24,784 bases of DNA, from the NCBI GenBank assembly GCA_938084645.1, contig CALKEP010000078.1, positions 1-24,784 of the forward strand. The letters are read 5' to 3'. Origin of the DNA: an uncultured Phycisphaerales bacterium. Lineage in GTDB: Bacteria; Planctomycetota; Phycisphaerae; Phycisphaerales; SM1A02. How positions within the stretch are numbered: the first letter of the stretch is position 1; every line of letters begins with the position of its first letter. The notes beneath the pieces are model-generated. The model saw nothing but the letters and a program-made list of their open reading frames with translations. It did no database searches and had not been told where the DNA came from. The position numbers and the translations under genes were made by a program. Shown piece by piece: positions 1-8,896 of this stretch.

Positions 1-687
1 GCGTGCCTCGGCACCGCGGCGACCGCGGGCACCGTGACGACCATGTCCTTCACCGCGGACATGTACCGGGTGGATGGCAGCGGCAACACGGTCTCCAGCG
101 GTGCGGGCACCTACGGCGTCTTCGACGTCTACGCGTCGTTCTCCGACAGCGGCATCCGGGTCCTGAACCTCTTCGACATGTCGATCTCGCTGAGCACCGG
201 CGACTTCATCCACAACGATGCCGACACTGCCGGTGGCGGCAATGGCTATTGGAATGCGTCGTACGACGCCATCGGCGCGATCGTGGGCGCTGACAGTTTC
301 GTGACCATGGGCACCTCGGCGACGCCGAATGCGGCGGCCTTGGACATGAATTTCGCGGATACCGGCAGCAGCACCGACGCGGGTTCGATCTCGACCGATG
401 CCGGCTGGTACGCGGGCGATCCGACCTCCGGCTGGGGCGACGTGGACATCAACAACAAGGTGTTCGTGGGGCGTTTCGTCATCGCGGACGGCGGGAGTGC
501 GTCCGGCGTGACGCTGACCTTCGGCGGGGATCTCGCGTACAACTGGCAGACTGCGGGTGCCCCGATCTTCGTGAACGACACGCAGACCTTCACGATGCCG
601 ACCGCGGGGTCGAGCGCAGTGCCGGGTCTGGGTGGCGTGGCGGCACTGGCGGGCGTGGGCCTGATCGGCCGACGGCGACCTCGCTGA
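1..687 (+). CDS. Secreted PEP-CTERM-like (VPG-variant exosortase-sorted) surface protein, 5'-partial
   Basis: Frame is open from base 1 (ACLGTAATAGTVTTM..., resembling the end of a signal peptide). The body is Gly/Asp/Ser/Thr-rich. The C-terminus AVPGLGGVAALAGVGLIGRRRPR has a motif, a hydrophobic helix and an Arg cluster. TGA stop at 685-687. Confidence 0.8.
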   Translation, partial: ACLGTAATAGTVTTMSFTADMYRVDGSGNTVSSGAGTYGVFDVYASFSDSGIRVLNLFDMSISLSTGDFIHNDADTAGGGNGYWNASYDAIGAIVGADSFVTMGTSATPNAAALDMNFADTGSSTDAGSISTDAGWYAGDPTSGWGDVDINNKVFVGRFVIADGGSASGVTLTFGGDLAYNWQTAGAPIFVNDTQTFTMPTAGSSAVPGLGGVAALAGVGLIGRRRPR

Positions 688-1070
688 GGCCGGGACGAAC
701 GCAAGCAATCAGCACGGATGCGACATCGGAAACGGACGTCGCCTGGCATCGCGGTCTGAATTCGCGCGATGTCGCATCAACAGGCTGCCACGCGTGGCGG
801 CACGCCCGTCGGCCCTTCGGGTCGGTCGGATCTTGATTCGATCGTCCCTTGATTCGACCCTCCGTTGAAGATCGAATCGCGGGCCGCGGGATCACCCCTC
901 GCGGGCGGGGATGTCACCGCAGGTCGAGGTGGTTCCCGATGGAGCACGGCCGGCCGATCGGAACGACGCGATTTGGCTTGAACATTGCGTGGTCACTTCA
1001 GACAATGATCTGCTTCAAGTCACATCTTCCGTGACGAAAACGATCCGTCAATCATGAGCGAGACGTCCAC

Positions 1071-1610
1071 ATGCCCGTCGATCGGACCAGTTACCCGACC
1101 AATCCGTCCGTCCCGGTCCCGTGCCCGTCGACGGTGGATGCCGATGGGACGCCGAAGCTTCGGATGCCCGAGGGCGGGGTGCTCCGCCCGCTTCGCACCC
1201 ACATCGACGCCCGTGGCTCCCTCACGGAGTTCTTCGACGCACGGTGGGACATCCCGGGCGAGGATGTGCTCTACGGTGAGTTCGTGACGTTTCGTCCCGA
1301 CGTGGTGAAGGGCTGGGCGAGGCATCGCCACAAGACCGATCGGCACTTCGTCATGCTGGGCGACATCCAGTGCGTCCTCTACGACGACCGCCCGGACTCC
1401 GCCACGAAGGGTCTGATCACGGATGTGACGCTCGGGCCGACCGCCCCGCAGTTGCTGGTCATCCCTCCGATGGTGTGGCACGCGTTCCGCAATCTCTCGA
1501 GCACGGATGCGCTTCTGGTCGGCATTCCCGACCGGGTCTACGACCATGAAGCGCCGGACAAGGAAGTCCTTCCCGTGACGAACGAGATCATTCCCTACCG
1601 TTTCGCATGA
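1071..1610 (+). CDS. dTDP-4-dehydrorhamnose 3,5-epimerase family (RmlC/RfbC-like cupin)
   Basis: Motifs DARGSLTEFF, VKGWARHRHKTDRHFV, LYDDRPDSATKG and LVIPPMVWHAFRN, typical of RmlC-type cupins. Confidence 0.85.
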   Translation: MPVDRTSYPTNPSVPVPCPSTVDADGTPKLRMPEGGVLRPLRTHIDARGSLTEFFDARWDIPGEDVLYGEFVTFRPDVVKGWARHRHKTDRHFVMLGDIQCVLYDDRPDSATKGLITDVTLGPTAPQLLVIPPMVWHAFRNLSSTDALLVGIPDRVYDHEAPDKEVLPVTNEIIPYRFA

Positions 1611-1632
1611 TGCCAGCTTGGAAGGGGTCGAC

Positions 1633-2526
1633 GTGCCCAGGGTCTCCGTCATCATTCCGACCTACGACTGGAGCGAGGTCCTTCCGTACTCCATCGGCAG
1701 CGTGCTGCGGCAGACGATGGACGATCTCGAGGTGCTCGTGGTCGGTGACGGCTGCACGGACGACAGCGAACAGGTGGTCGAGGCGATCGGGGACCCGCGG
1801 GTCCGGTGGTACAACGCCGATCGAAACCACCGTGACCAGGCGGTCGTCAACCAATGGGCGCTCGAAAACGCTCGATCGCCCGTGGTGTCGTACCTGAATC
1901 ACGACGATCTCTATCTCCCGCACGCGCTCGAATCGATGTTGGCGTCGATCGACGCGGGCGCGACCTGCTGCCACGGCATCGTCTACATGGTGGTGCTGGA
2001 TTCGAGGCCGCTGCTGGGCAGCACCACCGCGGACGGTTTCGACCCCGGGCACTGGATGTCGCCCTCCGGGGTGATGCACACGCTCGACGCCGGCCTCGAG
2101 GTCGGCGGCTGGAAGCGTCGCATCGAGACGGGCGAGGTTCCGCAGGAGGAACTCTGGAATCGTCTCCTGCGGGCGGGGCACGAATTCGTGCCCGTTCCCC
2201 GGGTCGTGAGCGTGAAGTTCCCCGCGGCCTGGCGTCCGAACCTCTATACCGATCGGCCGTCGCACGAGCAGGAGGCATGGACGAAGCGAATCCTCGACGA
2301 GCCCGATCTCGAGCGGACGTTGATGGCGGACCTGCTGAGGCACTACAGCCGCGACGCCGTGATCACACCGGGGCGGGCGTTCCAGGCGCTGCAGGCGCGG
2401 GCCCGGGGACTTCTCACGCGTCCGCTCAAGGGGCGGAAGCGGCGGAAGGAAATCGAGCACTGGAAGCGGGTTCAGGAATACAAGGGCCTCGATCCCCGCG
2501 CGCCGGGTGATGACGCATCGACGTGA
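1633..2526 (+). CDS. Glycosyltransferase family 2 (GT-A fold)
   Basis: PRVSVIIPTY, SVLRQT, EVLVVGDGCTDDS and YLNHDDLYLPHAL. GTG at 1633 follows GGAAGGGG; TTG at 1618 is an alternative start. Confidence 0.9.
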   Translation: MPRVSVIIPTYDWSEVLPYSIGSVLRQTMDDLEVLVVGDGCTDDSEQVVEAIGDPRVRWYNADRNHRDQAVVNQWALENARSPVVSYLNHDDLYLPHALESMLASIDAGATCCHGIVYMVVLDSRPLLGSTTADGFDPGHWMSPSGVMHTLDAGLEVGGWKRRIETGEVPQEELWNRLLRAGHEFVPVPRVVSVKFPAAWRPNLYTDRPSHEQEAWTKRILDEPDLERTLMADLLRHYSRDAVITPGRAFQALQARARGLLTRPLKGRKRRKEIEHWKRVQEYKGLDPRAPGDDAST

Positions 2527-2649
2527 CGTCGGCCGTTCCCGGTCGAACGCGACCGCCGCAGGTGTGCCGCGGAACCCACGGCTGGACAACCGGGGCCGAC
2601 GTCGAGCGGACCGGGCCCGCGGAGTACGCGGAATCTCCAGGGATGGGGA

Positions 2650-4317
2650 TCACCAGTCCCGGGCCGGGATGTCCACGTCGAGCCGGGTGGCGCAGTCGCG
2701 GGCTTCGTCGTAGCCCGCGTCGGCGTGACGGAACACGCCCATCATCGGGTCGTTGGTGAGGACGCGGGAGAGTCGCTTCGCCGCGGCGTCGGTCCCGTCG
2801 GCGACGATGACCTGCCCGGCGTGCTGGCTGAAGCCGATGCCCACGCCGCCGCCGTGATGGAAACTCACCCAGCTGGCGCCGCTTGCGATGTTCGCGGCGA
2901 AGTTCAGGAGCGGCCAGTCGCTCACCGCGTCGGTGCCGTCCTTCATCGCCTCGGTCTCGCGGTTCGGGCTCGCCACGCTGCCGCAGTCGAGGTGGTCGCG
3001 GCCGATCACGATCGGAGCGGAGACCTTGCCGTCGCGGACCAGTTCGTTGAAGAGGATGCCGGCCTTGTCGCGCTCGCCGAGACCGAGCCAGCAGATGCGG
3101 CAGGGCAGGCCCTGGAACGCGACCCGCTCCCCAGCCATCTTCAGCCAGCGGTGGAGTCCGACGTCGTCGGGGAAGAGCTCCATCAGGGCCTTGTCGGTCG
3201 TTTCGATGTCCTTCGGATCGCCGGAGAGGGCGGCCCAGCGGAAGGGGCCGCGGCCGAGGCAGAACTGCGGGCGGATGTAGGCCGGCACGAAGCCGGGGAA
3301 CGCGAACGCATCGGCGAAGCCGTTGTCGAGGGCCCGCTGGCGGATGTTGTTGCCGTAGTCGAAGGTCTTCGCCCCGCGCTCCTGCATCCGGACCATCAGT
3401 CGGACGTGCTCCTCCATCGTGTCGATGGATCGTTCCTGATACCCGTTCGGGTCGGCGTCACGAAGGACTTCGGCCTCCTCCCGCGTCATGTCGACGGGGT
3501 AGTAGCCTTCGAGGGGATCGTGGGCGGAGGTCTGGTCGGTGAGGACCTCGGGGACGATGTCGCGTTCGTCGAGTCGACGAAGGAGATCGACGATGTTGCC
3601 GGGCCAGCCGACCGAGATGGCCTTGCGTTCGTTCTTCAGTTCGATCGCCCGGTCGATCGCGGCGTCGACGTCGTCCTCGATCTCGTCGAGGTAGCGATCG
3701 TGGACCCGCTTCTCGAGGCGATCCCGCTGCACGTCGGCGATCAGGCAGGTCCCCTCGGCCATGGTCACCGCGAGCGGCTGGGCGCCGCCCATTCCACCAC
3801 AGCCGCCGGTGACGCTCAGCGTGCCGGCGAGCGAGCCACCGAAGTGCTGGCGTCCGCATTCGGCGAACGTCTCGTAGGTTCCCTGGAGGATGCCCTGCGT
3901 GCCGATGTAGATCCAGGACCCCGCGGTCATCTGGCCGTACATCATCAGGCCCTTGGCGGCGAGGTCGTCGAAGTGCGACTGGGTCGCCCAGTGGGGAACG
4001 AGATTCGAGTTCGCGATGATGACCCGCGGGGCGTCCTCGTGGGTGCGGATGACGCCGACCGGCTTGCCGCTCTGAACCAGCAACGTCTCATCGACGTCGA
4101 GTCGCTGGAGCGCCGCGACGATCGCGTCGAACGCGGCCCAGCTGCGGGCGGCCTGGCCACGACCGCCGTAGACCACGAGCTTTTCGGGATGCTCGGCGAC
4201 CTCGGGATCGAGGTTGTTCATGAGCATCCGCATGGCACCTTCGGCGGCCCAGGTGCGGCAGGTCTTTTCGGCGCCCCGGGGGGCGGTGATCACGCGGTTT
4301 TCGGCGGCGGTATGCAT
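2650..4317 (-). CDS. hutU: Urocanate hydratase
   Basis: [52 protein letters not shown] and HHGGGVG; 555 aa. Confidence 0.98.
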   Translation of the reverse strand: MHTAAENRVITAPRGAEKTCRTWAAEGAMRMLMNNLDPEVAEHPEKLVVYGGRGQAARSWAAFDAIVAALQRLDVDETLLVQSGKPVGVIRTHEDAPRVIIANSNLVPHWATQSHFDDLAAKGLMMYGQMTAGSWIYIGTQGILQGTYETFAECGRQHFGGSLAGTLSVTGGCGGMGGAQPLAVTMAEGTCLIADVQRDRLEKRVHDRYLDEIEDDVDAAIDRAIELKNERKAISVGWPGNIVDLLRRLDERDIVPEVLTDQTSAHDPLEGYYPVDMTREEAEVLRDADPNGYQERSIDTMEEHVRLMVRMQERGAKTFDYGNNIRQRALDNGFADAFAFPGFVPAYIRPQFCLGRGPFRWAALSGDPKDIETTDKALMELFPDDVGLHRWLKMAGERVAFQGLPCRICWLGLGERDKAGILFNELVRDGKVSAPIVIGRDHLDCGSVASPNRETEAMKDGTDAVSDWPLLNFAANIASGASWVSFHHGGGVGIGFSQHAGQVIVADGTDAAAKRLSRVLTNDPMMGVFRHADAGYDEARDCATRLDVDIPARDW

Positions 4318-4423
4318 GGCCCGATTGTAGGCCTCGGTGTCGTCGATCGGCGTGCTTCGACGGAAAACCTCGTCGGTGAAACGATGTTTTCGGACGGCGG
4401 CGATCCGCGTCGACCCCGTGCGT

Positions 4424-5950
4424 TCAGCCGAGGCCGCCCGTCGCGATCAGTTGGGACACCGCGGCGATGTCGGGGGCGGGGCTTCGGTCGTCCCGAAGCG
4501 GGGGGACGCGTTCCCGGATGGCCGCGTGGGCGGTCTCGACGTCGGGACCGCTGCGGAGCGGACGCTGGTGCTCGAAGGCCTGGGCCATGGTGAGAAGTTC
4601 GATCGCGATGACGTCGCGAAGGAGGTCGACGGATCGCCGGGCGAGGAGGCCGGCGGTCGCGCCCATCGAGTTGTAGTCCTCGATGCCGGCACTGGTCGGA
4701 ATGTTCGCGACGCTGGCGGGATTCGCGATGGTCTGCATCTCGCTCACGCAGGCCGCGGCGGTGTACTGGGCGATCATCAGTCCGCTCTGGAGCCCCGGGT
4801 CCTCGGCGAGGTAGGGCGTCACCGGATTGTGGACGTCGTGCCCGGAAAGCACCCAGTAGACGCGGCGTTCCGAAATGCCGCCGACGTGACAAGCCGCGAC
4901 GCGAAGGCCGTCGAGGGCGATGGCGAGCGGCATGCCGTGGAAGTTGCCGCCGGAGAGGATCTCCGAGCCGCCGGACTCGTCGAGGAACACCAGAGGGTTG
5001 TCGGTGACCGCGCCGAGCTCGTGCTCGATCGTGCGACGCCCGTTCGCGATCGCGTCGCTGGCGGCGCCGAGGACCTGCGGAATCGCCCGCAGGCAGTAGG
5101 GGTCCTGCACCCGGGGATCATCCTCCCGGTGCGCTTCGACGATCTCGGAGCCCGCGAGCAGTCGGCGGAGTTCGGCGGCGACCGCGATCTGACCCGGCTG
5201 GCATCGGGCCTCGTGGATCCGCGGATCGAGCGGACCGTGGCTCGCCCGGCAGCCGTCGAGACTCATCGCGGAGGCGATGGTCGCGGCGCGGAGGATCCGC
5301 TCGAGATCGAACACCGCGAGGGCGCCGCAGGCCGCCATCAGGTGTGTGCCGTTCAGCAGGGCGAGGCCTTCCTTGGCGGCGAGGGCGATCGGTTCGAGTC
5401 CGAGTCCGGCCAGCACCGGGGCGGTTTCTCGTCGAACGCCTTCAAAGGTCACGTCCCCTTCGCCGAGCAGGACGAGGGCGAGGTGCGCGAGCGGCGCGAG
5501 ATCGCCGGACGCCCCGACCGAGCCGCGACTGGGGACGACCGGCGTGACGCCGGCGTCGAGCAGGGCGAGGATCCGGTCGACGAGTTCGGGGCGGACCCCG
5601 CTGTGACCACGGACCAGGCTCGCCGAAAGGAGCATCATCATCGCCCGAACCAGATCGGAATCGAGGGGATCACCGACGCCCGCGGCATGGCTGCGGACGA
5701 TGTTGGTCTGCAGCGTGGCCAGCTGTTCCGGAGGGATCCGGACCTTCGAGAGGGAGCCGAATCCGGTGTTGATCCCGTAGACCGCCCGATCATGGTCGGC
5801 GATGTCGTCGATCACGGCCCGGGCGGCGAGCATTCGGTCCCGGGCCGCGGGTGCGATGTCGATCGACACCCGTCCGCGGGCGACGGCGGCGACCTCGTCG
5901 ATCCGAAGCGGACGGCCATCGAGCGTGATGGTCGACGGGGGAGTGATCAT
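4424..5950 (-). CDS. hutH: Histidine ammonia-lyase
   Basis: [16 protein letters not shown] (HAL-type SH), MIO-forming ASG in [29 protein letters not shown] and GGNFHG. ATG at 5950 is preceded by GAGGAG. Confidence 0.96.
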   Translation of the reverse strand: MITPPSTITLDGRPLRIDEVAAVARGRVSIDIAPAARDRMLAARAVIDDIADHDRAVYGINTGFGSLSKVRIPPEQLATLQTNIVRSHAAGVGDPLDSDLVRAMMMLLSASLVRGHSGVRPELVDRILALLDAGVTPVVPSRGSVGASGDLAPLAHLALVLLGEGDVTFEGVRRETAPVLAGLGLEPIALAAKEGLALLNGTHLMAACGALAVFDLERILRAATIASAMSLDGCRASHGPLDPRIHEARCQPGQIAVAAELRRLLAGSEIVEAHREDDPRVQDPYCLRAIPQVLGAASDAIANGRRTIEHELGAVTDNPLVFLDESGGSEILSGGNFHGMPLAIALDGLRVAACHVGGISERRVYWVLSGHDVHNPVTPYLAEDPGLQSGLMIAQYTAAACVSEMQTIANPASVANIPTSAGIEDYNSMGATAGLLARRSVDLLRDVIAIELLTMAQAFEHQRPLRSGPDVETAHAAIRERVPPLRDDRSPAPDIAAVSQLIATGGLG

Positions 5951-6251
5951 CGGGCGGGACTCCTCGGCGGAAGGCGGGGCGGGACCTCCTCGAGGATACC
6001 GGGTCGGGGGGTGTGGTCCCGCCGTTTCCCGCGCGAGCCACCCGCTCCCGCAGGAGTTGTCCGCATCGACGGTCGATTTCGGGGTCCTGCCCGTGGCGGC
6101 ATGGGGGGGCGGACCGCCGCCCGTCACGCCGCGTGCCGGCCGCACCATCGAAACGGGAGTGATAACTTGCAGTCGCGACGAGCGATCTGGCGTTCGGCGA
6201 AGCGAGCAGAATGTGCTCGATTCACAGGGCCGTGGGTGTTAGATTCCTGCG

Positions 6252-6953
6252 ATGGATGATGTCCGGATGAGAAAGATTCCGCTTGCGGTCAAGCTGTTGT
6301 TCACTGCCTACATGGCCGCATTCACCACCGTCTACTGGTATCTGTACGGGCCGACGAATTTTCTCTACCTCTGCAATGTGGCGCTGTTCCTGACCCTGAT
6401 CGGCATGTGGACGGAGAAATCCCTGCCGATGAGCATGGCCGCACTGGGCATCACCGTTCCCTCGCTCGTCTGGATCGTCGACTTCGCCTCCCACTTCAAC
6501 GGCCCGCCACTGATCGGCATGACCAGCTACATGTTCGATGAAAGCGGGACGTACTTCCTCCGCAGTCTGGGGTTGTTTCATTTCTGGCTGCCGCCACTGG
6601 TGATCTGGCTGGTCATCCGCCTCGGCTACGACTCCAGGGCGGCCGTCGGTTGGATCGCGACGGCGTGGGTGTTTCTTGTCGTGTGCTACCTATGGACACC
6701 AGCATCGGCCGTCGAGGCGATCGATCCGAAGAAGCCATCCAACATCAACCTGGCGTTCGGGTTGACGGGCAGGCAGACTCGGATGCCGGGAATCGCATGG
6801 CTGGGCCTGCTCATGCTCCTCCAGGCGCTCGCCGTGGCCGTGCCGATGCACTGCTTCCTCAGACGTTTCGCAGGGCCTGCTTCGATCCCGCGCTCCGGGC
6901 TTCGGCCACGACCCCGATCCAGCCGGAGCGAGCCCGTCCGGCAGACGGCCTGA
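6252..6953 (+). CDS. Multi-pass membrane protein of unknown function
   Basis: About 6 hydrophobic segments; YGPTNFLYLCNVAL, GMTSYMFD, LGLFHFWLP and NINLAFG. Start is supported by TGT-TAGATT-N6-ATG. Confidence 0.8.
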   Translation: MDDVRMRKIPLAVKLLFTAYMAAFTTVYWYLYGPTNFLYLCNVALFLTLIGMWTEKSLPMSMAALGITVPSLVWIVDFASHFNGPPLIGMTSYMFDESGTYFLRSLGLFHFWLPPLVIWLVIRLGYDSRAAVGWIATAWVFLVVCYLWTPASAVEAIDPKKPSNINLAFGLTGRQTRMPGIAWLGLLMLLQALAVAVPMHCFLRRFAGPASIPRSGLRPRPRSSRSEPVRQTA

Positions 6954-6989
6954 CTTGCCCGTGATCGACATCGCGGGTCCAATGGCCGC

Positions 6990-7814
6990 ATGATCGACGC
7001 CACCAAGCGATACATCGCCCTCTTCGGGGGCATGGGTGCCTGCATGCTCGTCATGGCCCTCGCGGTCGGCGGACTCCAGTCCATGCAGGGCGTCCCCGGG
7101 CCGACGGTGGGGCTCGCGGTCTCGCCCGTCTCGGCGGCGATCGGGATCCTGCTCACGCTGGTGGTGGCACTGGCGATCGCGATCCTGGTGGGCCGGGTCG
7201 TGAACGCCGCGGTGGGGGCCTTCGTGCTCGGCACCGGGATCGCGGTCCTCTCGATGCAGTGCGGAACCCACGCGAACGCGGTGTTCGTCGATGCCGGCCC
7301 GGTGGCCATGGCGATCGAAACGCTGGTCTGGGGCGTGGTGGTGCTGGTGATGGCGATGACCCTGATGCGATTCACCGGGCCACTGCCGGACCAGCCCTGG
7401 AACGATCCCAAGGCGGCCTTCGATCTCCGCGAGGTGTTCTCGACCGAGGCGATCCGGTCGTCCTGTGCGGGGTTCCTGATGCTGGCGGCGGTCTGGGCGT
7501 TCCTCTCCAACGATCTCAAGGGACAGGCGATCTTCGCCGCCACCGCCGGGGCGATCTTCGTCGGACTGGTCGGTCGGATCATCGCCCCCCGCACCCAGCC
7601 GGTACTGCTCTTCGCGGCACCGGTGATCGTGGGAGCGCTCGGGCAGCTGACGATCGCCATCACCGGTGGCGACGGTGTGGCCGCGTTCGTGGCCGGCACC
7701 AGCCCGCGTCTCGGAATGGCCATGCCGATGGACTACGCGGCCGGAGCGCTGATGGGCGTCTCGATGGGCCTGGGCTGGTCCAGGAGTTTCGTCGAAGACC
7801 ACACGGCCGAGTGA
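6990..7814 (+). CDS. Hypothetical integral membrane protein
   Basis: 274-aa ORF with about 8 hydrophobic helices and G/C-ending codons. Confidence 0.8.
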   Translation: MIDATKRYIALFGGMGACMLVMALAVGGLQSMQGVPGPTVGLAVSPVSAAIGILLTLVVALAIAILVGRVVNAAVGAFVLGTGIAVLSMQCGTHANAVFVDAGPVAMAIETLVWGVVVLVMAMTLMRFTGPLPDQPWNDPKAAFDLREVFSTEAIRSSCAGFLMLAAVWAFLSNDLKGQAIFAATAGAIFVGLVGRIIAPRTQPVLLFAAPVIVGALGQLTIAITGGDGVAAFVAGTSPRLGMAMPMDYAAGALMGVSMGLGWSRSFVEDHTAE

Positions 7815-7898
7815 GCGGCTGGTGATCGGGCGAGCAGTCGGTCCGGGCGTCGATCCCGGGGTGGCACGGCCGGATGGGCTTCGCGCTAGAATGTCCGA

Positions 7899-8810
7899 AT
7901 GCTCATCGTCACCGGAACCATCGGGGTCGACACCATCCACGCACCCACCGGCTCGGCCGAAGGTGTGATGGGCGGGTCCGCCGCTTACTTCGCCGCCGCC
8001 GCCAGCCATCTCGCCCCGACCCGACTCGTCGGTCTGGTGGGTGAGGACTGGCCGCAGGAACACCGCGACGTCCTCCAGTCCTTCGACGGCATCGATTTCG
8101 ACGGCGTCGAGATCCGCGCGGGTGGCGCGACCTTCAAGTGGGGCGGTCGGTACTTCGACGACATGAACCAGCGGGAGACGCTGTTCACCGAGCTCGGCGT
8201 CCTCGAGGACACGCCGCCCACCGTCCCGGAAGGATTCCGCGACAGTCGGTACGTCTTCCTCGCCAACAGCCACCCCGCGGTCCAGGCGAATCTGCTCTCC
8301 CAGTTTCCGGATCGCGCCATCGCGGTCTGCGACACCATGGACCTCTGGATCAACATCGCCCACGACGACCTGCTCGCGCTGCTGAAGCAGGTCGACGGCG
8401 TGGTGCTGAACGACCAGGAGGCCATGCAGCTCGTCGAGACCCGGAACGTGGTCGACGCGGGCCGCAGGATCCTCGAACTCGGGCCCACCTTCGCGGTGAT
8501 CAAGAAGGGTGAACACGGCGCGGTGCTCGTCCATCGCGACGGGGTCGCGGTGGTCCCGGCCTTTCCCGCCGATCACGCGTCGGTCGTCGACCCCACCGGT
8601 GCCGGCGACAGCTTCGGCGGCGGCATGATGGCCCATCTCGCCCGGCTCGATCGCACCGACTTCGAGGCGATTCAGGAATCGCTGGCGTGGGGCACGATCA
8701 TGGCGAGCTTCACGATCGGCTCCTTCGGTCTGACCGGTCTCCAGGAGGCCGACGACGCCCGCATCCAGGAACGCATGGAGCGGTACCGATCGATGGCTCG
8801 GATCGGCTGA
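7899..8810 (+). CDS. PfkB/ribokinase-family carbohydrate or nucleoside kinase
   Basis: GGSAAYFA, LNDQEA, KKGEHGA and the PfkB signature DPTGAGDSFGGG. Confidence 0.92.
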   Translation: MLIVTGTIGVDTIHAPTGSAEGVMGGSAAYFAAAASHLAPTRLVGLVGEDWPQEHRDVLQSFDGIDFDGVEIRAGGATFKWGGRYFDDMNQRETLFTELGVLEDTPPTVPEGFRDSRYVFLANSHPAVQANLLSQFPDRAIAVCDTMDLWINIAHDDLLALLKQVDGVVLNDQEAMQLVETRNVVDAGRRILELGPTFAVIKKGEHGAVLVHRDGVAVVPAFPADHASVVDPTGAGDSFGGGMMAHLARLDRTDFEAIQESLAWGTIMASFTIGSFGLTGLQEADDARIQERMERYRSMARIG

Positions 8811-8896
8811 GCAATCCCGACCGGGCTCGACCCGGACATCCCGTCGCACGCCGAAGCCCGTCGGCGACCGGCCGCAACTCCGCGAGGAAACCGTTC

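Noticed and set aside
5951..6148. N-terminal extension of hutH or a His-rich leader peptide
   Set aside because: The extension is low-complexity and Pro/Gly-rich, an SD and a -10 box support the 5950 start, and I found no His-codon cluster.
2725..6259. Long + strand ORFs (622 aa and 640 aa)
   Set aside because: They are antisense shadows of hutU and hutH. High-GC codon bias suppresses stops on the opposite strand, and they show no recognisable motifs.
7862..7880. TGGCAC as a possible sigma54 -24 box
   Set aside because: There is no TTGC at -12, and the TAGAAT-N6-ATG arrangement explains the promoter better.
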